Shown here: in pieces, positions 1 to 8,182 of the stretch
How positions within the stretch are numbered: position 1 is the stretch's first letter
How the letters are laid out: each line of letters opens with the position of its first letter
From: a virus
Taxonomy: Duplodnaviria; Caudoviricetes
IMG/VR virus record: IMGVR_UViG_3300032093_000181
Coordinates: 1 to 54,292 of that record
Reading direction: 5' to 3' (one strand)
DNA length: 54,292 bases
Notes under the pieces: model-generated
Database searches by the model: none
Seen by the model: only the letters and a program-made list of their open reading frames with translations
What the model was told of the DNA's origin: nothing
Translations under genes and position numbers: made by a program

Positions 1-662
1 CTATTGCTGCGGAACGTGTTGCTCTTGCGAACCGTAATCAAGCACTTGCTGATGGAGATATTGCCACCGCAGGTAAAGAAGCCGAGGCGCTTCGCGCAGC
101 ACAGAACGCTAAATTGACGGCAGAAGCACAAATCCGCGCTAACTTTGCGCCTCAATTGCTGAAGGCAGAGACCGATGAAAAGCAAATGCGTTCTGCAGAA
201 ACAATAGCAGAACTCAACCACAAAGCGCAAAGAGAACTGGAAGAGTATCGTCGGCGGACTCAGATGATGAAGCCGCGTGAGCTTGAAGAAATCCATCGAG
301 TTGAAGGTCTCAAACTCAACGAGTTGACCGGGGGTAAACCGGGGACTGCTACTACTCAACAAAAACTTGAAGCCATTCAGTTTGCGCACGAATCAGTGAA
401 GGGCGCGCCCCGCGCAGAAAGTGTGCACACAAAGAATAGAGCGGAAGCCTATAAGCGGTATGCTGAGTGGGAAAAAGGTCCTGGCGAAATGTTAAGAATG
501 ACGAATATAAAGAATCCGAAAGTCTTTGAGGACGCTGCCAAAGCGAAGAAACGTGAGATCTATGAGTCGCTCGGTTTGGAAATACCCGGAATGGGTGGAG
601 GATCATCCGGGCAAGAGCCTCCGCCTAACATCAAAGCGATACTCAACAAGTACGGGTCATAA
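1..662 (+). CDS. Putative internal virion (ejection) protein, 5'-truncated
   Basis: The frame is open from position 3 to the stop at 662. Ala/Glu/Lys-rich helical composition, directly upstream of the giant virion protein. Confidence 0.6.
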   Translation, partial: IAAERVALANRNQALADGDIATAGKEAEALRAAQNAKLTAEAQIRANFAPQLLKAETDEKQMRSAETIAELNHKAQRELEEYRRRTQMMKPRELEEIHRVEGLKLNELTGGKPGTATTQQKLEAIQFAHESVKGAPRAESVHTKNRAEAYKRYAEWEKGPGEMLRMTNIKNPKVFEDAAKAKKREIYESLGLEIPGMGGGSSGQEPPPNIKAILNKYGS

Positions 663-665
663 AAC

Positions 666-3600
666 ATGGCTGACCTGCAAAGTCTGTACAGAGCCCTCGA
701 AAAAGCCGATGCAGCGGGGGATACGCAGTCAGCTAAGCAATTAGCTGATTACATACGAGGGCTGTCAGGTTCGGTTTCTGCGCCTCCCCCTCCCCCGGAG
801 GGCGGGTTCGTCCCTGCTGTCAAGCGCGGGTTCTACCAGACTGGGGTTCTGCTAGGAGATGTCCTCCCGGCAATGGCGGCACGTGCCGTAGGCGCTGGCG
901 AATACGCGGAGAAGCAGTGGAAAGAAGCCGCCGCTACTCAGCAAAAGATTCAGCGGGAGATGCCCGCTGCGGTTCCTTCGTACACAGACGTTAAGAGTCT
1001 CGGTGACGCCTGGACTTACGCCAAGGAAGCCGTCGGGGAAAGCATTGCTTCCCTTCTACCTGCCATCCTTACGGGTGGACTTGCGGGTGTCGCTGGGCGC
1101 GGTGCGACCATCGCCGCCAAAGAAGCTGCTGAGCGGGTTCTACTGGCTGAAGCCGCAAAGATGGGACCGCCCACTAAGGCGGCAATCGACGCCGCTACTG
1201 CGGCGGGGGTCAAGGCTGCTCAGCGCGAAGCCCTGAAGTATCAGGCGGCGGGTGCGTTTGCGGGGTCTGCAGCGCAGAACATCCCTGAGGTCTACCAGAA
1301 TATTAAGGAAGCAACAGGCAAAGAAGACCTCGGTGCAGCCCTTGCGTTCGGTGGGTTCAATGCAGCGCTGGATGCTGTTATGCCTGTTACTTTACTTGCT
1401 AAAGTACGTAAGGCGGGTATTCCTGAAGAGCAGATCATGGGGGCGTGGTACAAGCGCTTCGCCAAGGGTGCTGGCAAGGGCTTCCTGATTGAAGGTGGGA
1501 CTGAAGCCGCCCAGGAAACTTCATCTGCCGCCGCCGAGAAGTTTGTTGATGAGAATCAGCAGTTCTTCAGCGAGAAGAACTTCAACCGCGTAGTGGATGC
1601 CTTCCTGAAGGGCGGTATCGGTGGAGGGGTTATCACTGGGACTACGGACGTAGCCACTGGGCGCAAAGAAGCGCCGAAGCAATTCCCAGGTATAACTACG
1701 CCTCCTCCCCCCGCTGGCACAACAGTTCAGGAAGAAGAGGAAGAAGCCCCACCCGCTCCCCCGGCACCTGCAGGTGCCCCAGCCCCTGCCCCCGCAACAC
1801 GCTCTGTGTCTCCCGACATGAGCGTGGAAGACTTACTGAAATCGCTGACTGGAGCCAAAGATGCTGGAGAAGCTATCACCCCGCCAAGTGGAGCAGGCGT
1901 TCAAGTGGCTGGCGAGCCCGGTGCAAAACCCGCCGCCGAAGGGGCTGGAACCACTGTCCCAGGTGGAGTGGTTCCTCCTGTCGAGGATGCTGGACAACCT
2001 GCTGGAGGAGAAGGAGCAAAGCCCCCTCCAGTAAGTAAAAGACAAGAAGAGCAAGACCGGTACAACGAACTCTTCACGATAAAGGCGCAGCGCGAACTCA
2101 CCCCCAAAGAGGCGGATGAATATGAGGACCTAGAGCTCACTGCTGCTATAGGTTTCTTGGATGAGCCCAAGCTCATTGAGTTGGGTAAGCCAAGTGCAGT
2201 AACGCCCTCGACACCCTCTGCTGCTGCACCGCCTGCTCCACCCCCACCGAGCCCTCCGTTAAAAGTGGAAGGGGCACCGCCTCCGGTGGTGGGTGGAGCA
2301 CCCGGTCTTAAGGAGAAGATCGGTAAGTTTGATGCGGCGTTCGGTGAAGATGAAGACTTCTTCACGAGAGGCGCTGCTGAACTTACCCCTGCTCAGAAAG
2401 AGCGTGAGAGAGAACTAGAAGCCGAAGGCAAACGCCTTGGCGTTGTGCGCAAAGACGGCGAGACTGCGCGTCAATACTGGGCGCGGGTCAAGCCCGCGAT
2501 GACCCTGGAGTCTGAGATTGCTGCCCCTGAAGTTGGTGGGCTGGCTACGCGGGCTGCTGACGTTGAACCGTCGCTGATTGCTGCGCAGGAGATCAAGCCT
2601 GAGCGACAGGTTGTCATCCCTGAAGAACAGAAGCTGCTGTACGAGGAGACTCGGCAGGCTTTCAATCAGACGACTGAATCAGATCAGGAGAACCTGCCTG
2701 AGTTCGACAAGCTGCGTCCTGAAGAAAAGCGTGTCTACTTCACGGAGCACATAAGAGATAACTCTCAGTTTGAGCACGACGAGGCTGCTCAAGCGCTGTC
2801 AGAGTACTTGCAATCCAAGAACGTGCAGGCCGAGGCTGAAGGCCGTCAGGCAGTGCGCGGAGTCACTGCTGGCCTGACGCCTGAAGAGAAGCAGGCTGAA
2901 GAGGTAAAGGCGAAAACGGAAGAAGCGAGAAAAGAAGCTCGCGCTAAGGCCAAGGAAGAAGTCTCTGCGCGGTACAGATACGAGCGGCAGCGCCCGGTCA
3001 TGGGCCAGAAGACGGGCCTTGCGTATTCCTTCCCGACCTGGGGTTCGCTCTCTGAAGCGTCGAGGAACCTCTTCACGACCATCAACAAGACAGACTCTGC
3101 AAACGAGCAGGACCTAGCGTTTCGCGCTATCCGCAAGCAGATTCAAACGGAGAAGGCAGAGCAGCAGCGGCGCGAAGCCCTGCAATCTGCTGAGTCCCAG
3201 GTCAAGAACGAGATAGTTCGCGCCGCTGAACGCGCTAGGAAAGCTCAGCCTGCCGGTAAGGGAGCGATCCTCCCTGATGAAATTCTCAGCAAGCTGCTGG
3301 CGGGTGATGTCAAAGCGGTGCTTAGGTATCTTGGTGGTGCTCCTGGCGAGGTATCGAAAGGAGAACCGTTTGGCAGATACAAGCCCAGCCAAAAAGAAGG
3401 CGGGGCGAAAGGCATCCTCTCTCGCACTAAAGAAGGAAATTGGTTCTCTCGTCAGGTCTACGAAGCGCTTGCCAATGCACTCCAGCGTATTGACAACTTC
3501 AACGTCAACATCGTGTTCGACGAAAACATGGTGTTCGATGAGATTGGCAAGTACGACGCTGCAACCAACACGATCTACCTGGGGCCGAACGGTCTTGATG

Positions 3601-6600
3601 AAGCTACGCTGCTGCACGAACTGACGCACGCAGCCACAGTCAAGATCATCAATCAGTATTTCTCTGACAAGACGAAGCTCGATGCTCGGTCGATCAAAGC
3701 TGTAGAGCACCTCATCGAGATTGCTGGTGCCGCAAAGAACAAGATTGGAAGCAAGTACCCCAACGCTTTTGAGAACCTCTACGAGTTCATCGCGTATGCA
3801 ATGACGGATGGGCCGTTCCAACAAGAACTCGCCAACATCAGCATCCCTCGGCTGGCTAAGGCCACGGCCAAGACGGGGCAAGCCCCACGTGTACTTCAGA
3901 CTGCACGGGAAGTCGGTGATCTGTACGACTCCATGTTCGATAACCTGTGGGATTACTTCACAGGCACTCTGGCGTATCTGTACCGTCTGTTTACGCCCTC
4001 TGCGAGTACTCAAAAGGTTTATCTGCCCACTGAGAAGTCTCGTGTCACCACGAAGACCGCGCAGCGTTTGCGTGAAGAAGAGCTAAAAGGAAAACTTGCC
4101 GCCCAGAAGAAAAAGGATCTGACGGCGGCGGAAGAGCGCCTTGCTGAAATTGAACTTGAGGAAGGCACTCTTACCCCAGCGGAGCGCAGGGAAGAACGAA
4201 AGCTGAGCGCGGCTGATGTAGAAGCGCTGCAGCCGGAGAAGCTATTTGCACAAGAGGGCGAAGGGATAACCCCCGAGGATGCCGCTGAAGCAAAGATAGC
4301 CCCTGTCAAAGGCGAACTTGTCACGCAACTGGGGATCACCAACCTCCGTCGCAGCATCCTCATTGAGCCTGGGTACAAGGGCAATCTGCTGCTGGAAATC
4401 TCGTCGGCGTTCCAAGACATCCTTGCCGCACCTGAAGGCGGCATCGAGCGGATTGCTGGTAAGGGAAGTATTGGGACAGAACTTCTTTCTAAATCCGCTG
4501 CGTGGGAAGACACTTCTTGGGTGCAAATGCTTGGGAGTGAGTCTGAGACTGGGCTGGCTATGGTGTTGCTGCAAGACTACGACAACGTAAACGCAAAAAT
4601 AGCTGAAACCGAATCAAAAGTTCAAAAAGAAAAAGAAAAAGCTGAAAAGTATCCCGATAAACGCGCAGTGCTGGAGGAACAAGCACAATGGCTCGGGAGA
4701 GATTTGCCTGAGCTTAAGCAAAAATTAGCTGACATTGAGGCACAGTTGACGTCTCTTAGGAGTAGCGCCTATCAGCAGAGAGACGCCGGAACGGAATTGC
4801 CTTCAAGGGGCAAAGCCGGTGTCACCAAGAAGGCACCCCCGAAGCTCGATAGAACCCCCGAAGAAATTCAGAAGGCACTGCCCCTTGCTGGTAAAGCTGA
4901 GCGTCCGACGATTGTGCAGGCGCTCAAGAGCCAAGGCTTCTGGCAGAACGTGGTGCGGAAGTTCCAGAACGCTCAGGAACCGTTGAAACGCGCCCAGGAA
5001 AAGTACGATGCCTTCGGCAAGATCATCTACACGGGCGACAAGATCAACAACGTCTGGTCACAAGCCACGTTGGCTACAGGCCGCGCATGGTGGAACTTCG
5101 TCAACAGGCTTGCTGGCAAGACCAATGATGTCCACAAGGCAATCGAGAACTTTGCCACCGTACACAAGCTGACAGTTGATGAGGCCCTGCAAGTTCTGCA
5201 TGGCTACTCCATCGTCATGCACGAGCCGGAGCGCCGCAAAGTCAAGTACATCAAGACAGTTCCGCTGGAACCAGCAGCAGACGCAGCGCGTAAGAAGATT
5301 CTGGAGAGTCTTGCTCATCCGACAACCAAAGAAGCAGATGCGGTCAAGTACCGTCAGATGCTGGACAAAATCGTCAACGACCCCAACAACCACGCCAAGT
5401 TTGTTGGACCTGCTGGCAAGGCCAAGCCCGTCACTCCGGAGATGGCGGCGAAGCTGTTTGATGAGAAGTCTGAGAAGTACAACGTAGCTGGTAACTACAC
5501 GACCAAAGAGCTTGCTGAGATGCGCAAGTTCTACACGGGCACGACCTCCGAGTTCAATCAGGACATGCTGAAGGATGTCTTTGACAAGCTCAAGGAAGTC
5601 CAGAAAGAAACTATTGAGCTGAACAAAGAGGCTAACTACTGGTCTCAAGGCGTCTCCAACATCGTCGCTTTCAATGGCTGGAAACACTACGTCCCTCTGA
5701 AGGGTCGCCCCGGTGCGCTAGAAGCCGATGAAGACCTCGATCCTCTGAAGTCCCGCAAGATTGGTGGCGAACTGCAAGAAAAAGAACTCGCTTTCGGTGG
5801 CCGGGAGTCTGACTCTGACAACCCCGTGTTGCAGTCTCTTGCTGACGGTGCCCGCGCTGCGATGCGGTTGGGGCGCAAAGACCTGACGCTCTCCATCAAG
5901 AATGCTGTGAACGACGGCATCCTCAAGGGTGATGCAAAGACGGTCATCAAGTTTGAAGAGCGGGCCAACAACCCAGATGCTTTGAAGGCAGCGCAGGGTG
6001 AGAAGGTCATCTTGCACTACGAGCCGAATGGTGACATCCGGGTGGTCAAGCTTCAGAGTAATCTGGAAGCAGAGGCTGTGCGCCGCACGTACCGTGAGGC
6101 AAACCCGTTGCTGGAAAAAGCAAATGCCATTACCAGCGGTATCGGGCAGCTCCACACCCGCTACAGCCTGCCGTTTGCCCCGATGAACTTTGTGCGTGAC
6201 TTGCTTACCAACGCCTACACGCTAGGAGCTGAACTTGGTCCGAAGGCTTCGTACCAACTGATCGCGGAGGTTTCGCGCCAAGTTGCTACAAACGGGGGCC
6301 TGTTCAAGTCTGCAAAGATTGCTTACCTGATGGCGAACAACAGGGTAGGCGAAGCCAAGGCTATGGCGGCGAAAGACCCCTACGTAGCCGACATGCTGGA
6401 GTATCTGGAGAAAGGCGGGCGTGTCTCGTACATCCAGGGTATCGCTGCCAAGGGGCAGATGCAGGAACTGCTGAAAGACGTGGGGCGCAACAACGTCCTG
6501 AAGACCAAGGATCAGGTCGAGAAGGTATTCGACTACTGGACCGATATGTTTGAGTTGGCAAGCCGCACTGCCTCGTATCGTGTCCTGAAGAAGAACATGC

Positions 6601-7958
6601 TGCAAGAGGGTAAGGGCAAGAACCTCTCCGGTGCTGAACTGGAAGACTACGCCTCCAACCGCGCTGCTGAGTACACCAAGAACCTCGCTAACTTTGAGCA
6701 AGTCGGTGAGTGGGGCAAGGCGATGGGCGCAGCCTTCATGTTCTTCCGCCCCGCTGCTACGGGCGCGGTTCGTGCGCTGGATGCTGTGTTGCCTGCTTTC
6801 ACCAACTACACGAATGCACAGAAGAAGGTAACCGCTGATCTGATGAAAGCCCGTGGTGGGGCGATGAAGGCATCAGCAGATGAGATCAACAAGGCAATCG
6901 CGGACGCTTACAAGAAGAGTTCCGATGCACGTGCGATGTCTGCCAGCCTGCTTGGCATGGGGATGGCTGTCTACGTGATGGCACTGATGCTGTCTGACGA
7001 CGATGATCAGGAACGCAATAAGGTTGCGACTGATGACCCCGCACGATGGACACGCAATGCGCGTTTCTTCCTTCCCGGAATGGATAACGCGATTCAAATC
7101 CCGTGGGGTTTCGGACTCGGTTCTTTTGCTGCTACAGGGGCACAGCTTGCTTCTACTATTGGTGGACACACTACGCCAAAGGAAGCGCTGTCTAACATCA
7201 TCAGCATCGGGCTCGACTCCTTCCTACCCCTGCCGTTCTCGCGCATCAGCCCAATCGATGAGCCTGCGGCGTTCTTGATGGATACGGCCACACCGTCAGC
7301 GTTCCGTCCGTTCCTTGAGTTCGTGATGAACAAGGACGGTTTGGGCCGAGAGATTTACAACAACCGGCAGTCTCGTGCCGGGGATGCCTACACGGGCGGG
7401 GACAACATCCCTGAGATGTACAAGCAGGCGGCTCGATTCCTTTTTGATGCCACAAACGGCGGCATCGACTGGAGCCCGAACACCATGTACTTCTTTGCCA
7501 ACAACTACGCTGACGGCATCATGCGTGGTATCTCCGGCGTCTCCGGACTGGCTATGTCGGCCACCGGGTTCAAGGAGTTTGATCCAAAGAGAGACTCGAT
7601 TGTTTTCGAGAGTTTCTTCGGGTCTCCGTCAAACTTTGATGCGCGGCAGTTCTCTAATGTTGAGAACAAGATCAAGGATATTGAGCGTCGGCTGAACACG
7701 CTCAAGAGCAACAACCCTGTGGGGTACTCTGAGTATTTACAAGACAACCCGACTCACAAGTACCTTGTTGACTACTACAACTCGCAGGTCAACGGACAGT
7801 TGCGTGACATCCGCAAGATGATGAACGACATCCGTATCAATCGGGAGTACACCCCGAAAGAACGTGGTGAGATGCTTGATAACTTGAAGCCCATTCAGAA
7901 CTTGGTCAAGCGCAACCTTCTCACCGCGTTTGAACAGATCAGTGAGTTGACACCCTAA
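666..7958 (+). CDS. Giant internal virion/ejection protein (large polyvalent-type) with zincin-like metallopeptidase motif and LPD38-like C-terminal region
   Basis: 2430 aa. Gly/Ala-rich N-terminal helices, Pro-rich linkers, LLHELTHAAT...EFIAYAM (HExxH plus downstream Glu), and C-terminal IQIPWGFGLG / LEFVMNKDGLGREI segments resembling LPD38. Confidence 0.7.
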   Translation: MADLQSLYRALEKADAAGDTQSAKQLADYIRGLSGSVSAPPPPPEGGFVPAVKRGFYQTGVLLGDVLPAMAARAVGAGEYAEKQWKEAAATQQKIQREMPAAVPSYTDVKSLGDAWTYAKEAVGESIASLLPAILTGGLAGVAGRGATIAAKEAAERVLLAEAAKMGPPTKAAIDAATAAGVKAAQREALKYQAAGAFAGSAAQNIPEVYQNIKEATGKEDLGAALAFGGFNAALDAVMPVTLLAKVRKAGIPEEQIMGAWYKRFAKGAGKGFLIEGGTEAAQETSSAAAEKFVDENQQFFSEKNFNRVVDAFLKGGIGGGVITGTTDVATGRKEAPKQFPGITTPPPPAGTTVQEEEEEAPPAPPAPAGAPAPAPATRSVSPDMSVEDLLKSLTGAKDAGEAITPPSGAGVQVAGEPGAKPAAEGAGTTVPGGVVPPVEDAGQPAGGEGAKPPPVSKRQEEQDRYNELFTIKAQRELTPKEADEYEDLELTAAIGFLDEPKLIELGKPSAVTPSTPSAAAPPAPPPPSPPLKVEGAPPPVVGGAPGLKEKIGKFDAAFGEDEDFFTRGAAELTPAQKERERELEAEGKRLGVVRKDGETARQYWARVKPAMTLESEIAAPEVGGLATRAADVEPSLIAAQEIKPERQVVIPEEQKLLYEETRQAFNQTTESDQENLPEFDKLRPEEKRVYFTEHIRDNSQFEHDEAAQALSEYLQSKNVQAEAEGRQAVRGVTAGLTPEEKQAEEVKAKTEEARKEARAKAKEEVSARYRYERQRPVMGQKTGLAYSFPTWGSLSEASRNLFTTINKTDSANEQDLAFRAIRKQIQTEKAEQQRREALQSAESQVKNEIVRAAERARKAQPAGKGAILPDEILSKLLAGDVKAVLRYLGGAPGEVSKGEPFGRYKPSQKEGGAKGILSRTKEGNWFSRQVYEALANALQRIDNFNVNIVFDENMVFDEIGKYDAATNTIYLGPNGLDEATLLHELTHAATVKIINQYFSDKTKLDARSIKAVEHLIEIAGAAKNKIGSKYPNAFENLYEFIAYAMTDGPFQQELANISIPRLAKATAKTGQAPRVLQTAREVGDLYDSMFDNLWDYFTGTLAYLYRLFTPSASTQKVYLPTEKSRVTTKTAQRLREEELKGKLAAQKKKDLTAAEERLAEIELEEGTLTPAERREERKLSAADVEALQPEKLFAQEGEGITPEDAAEAKIAPVKGELVTQLGITNLRRSILIEPGYKGNLLLEISSAFQDILAAPEGGIERIAGKGSIGTELLSKSAAWEDTSWVQMLGSESETGLAMVLLQDYDNVNAKIAETESKVQKEKEKAEKYPDKRAVLEEQAQWLGRDLPELKQKLADIEAQLTSLRSSAYQQRDAGTELPSRGKAGVTKKAPPKLDRTPEEIQKALPLAGKAERPTIVQALKSQGFWQNVVRKFQNAQEPLKRAQEKYDAFGKIIYTGDKINNVWSQATLATGRAWWNFVNRLAGKTNDVHKAIENFATVHKLTVDEALQVLHGYSIVMHEPERRKVKYIKTVPLEPAADAARKKILESLAHPTTKEADAVKYRQMLDKIVNDPNNHAKFVGPAGKAKPVTPEMAAKLFDEKSEKYNVAGNYTTKELAEMRKFYTGTTSEFNQDMLKDVFDKLKEVQKETIELNKEANYWSQGVSNIVAFNGWKHYVPLKGRPGALEADEDLDPLKSRKIGGELQEKELAFGGRESDSDNPVLQSLADGARAAMRLGRKDLTLSIKNAVNDGILKGDAKTVIKFEERANNPDALKAAQGEKVILHYEPNGDIRVVKLQSNLEAEAVRRTYREANPLLEKANAITSGIGQLHTRYSLPFAPMNFVRDLLTNAYTLGAELGPKASYQLIAEVSRQVATNGGLFKSAKIAYLMANNRVGEAKAMAAKDPYVADMLEYLEKGGRVSYIQGIAAKGQMQELLKDVGRNNVLKTKDQVEKVFDYWTDMFELASRTASYRVLKKNMLQEGKGKNLSGAELEDYASNRAAEYTKNLANFEQVGEWGKAMGAAFMFFRPAATGAVRALDAVLPAFTNYTNAQKKVTADLMKARGGAMKASADEINKAIADAYKKSSDARAMSASLLGMGMAVYVMALMLSDDDDQERNKVATDDPARWTRNARFFLPGMDNAIQIPWGFGLGSFAATGAQLASTIGGHTTPKEALSNIISIGLDSFLPLPFSRISPIDEPAAFLMDTATPSAFRPFLEFVMNKDGLGREIYNNRQSRAGDAYTGGDNIPEMYKQAARFLFDATNGGIDWSPNTMYFFANNYADGIMRGISGVSGLAMSATGFKEFDPKRDSIVFESFFGSPSNFDARQFSNVENKIKDIERRLNTLKSNNPVGYSEYLQDNPTHKYLVDYYNSQVNGQLRDIRKMMNDIRINREYTPKERGEMLDNLKPIQNLVKRNLLTAFEQISELTP

Positions 7959-8182
7959 CCTGTACGCCAAACTCGGATGCCAAGCACTCCGTCTTTTGTC
8001 GTGGTGTAGACCTTGACTTTGACACGGGCGCGCTTGGCTCCGTTTTCTACCGAGTAAGTTAAGAACGCGGGTTTCATGGTGGGGACGAAGAAACTCTCCC
8101 CCACCTCCATCACTTCAAACGGGAAAATCCACAGCGGCTCGTCAAGCGGCGAGGGCGGAGGAGGCGTTTTCTCTGCTGCCAT
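7955..8182 (-). CDS. Small conserved phage protein (FPFEVMEVGESFFVP motif), possibly DNA-binding
   Basis: 75 aa from ATG 8182. The motif FPF..MEVGESFFVP...GIRVWR is typical of a small phage protein family. Confidence 0.6.
   Translation of the reverse strand: MAAEKTPPPPSPLDEPLWIFPFEVMEVGESFFVPTMKPAFLTYSVENGAKRARVKVKVYTTTKDGVLGIRVWRTG

Noticed and set aside
3114-4013. 299-aa antisense ORF (also 26801-27520, 34608-35438, 38227-39135, 46288-47094)
   Set aside because: Shadow ORFs opposite well-supported genes, expected from codon bias in GC-rich DNA, with no recognisable motifs.
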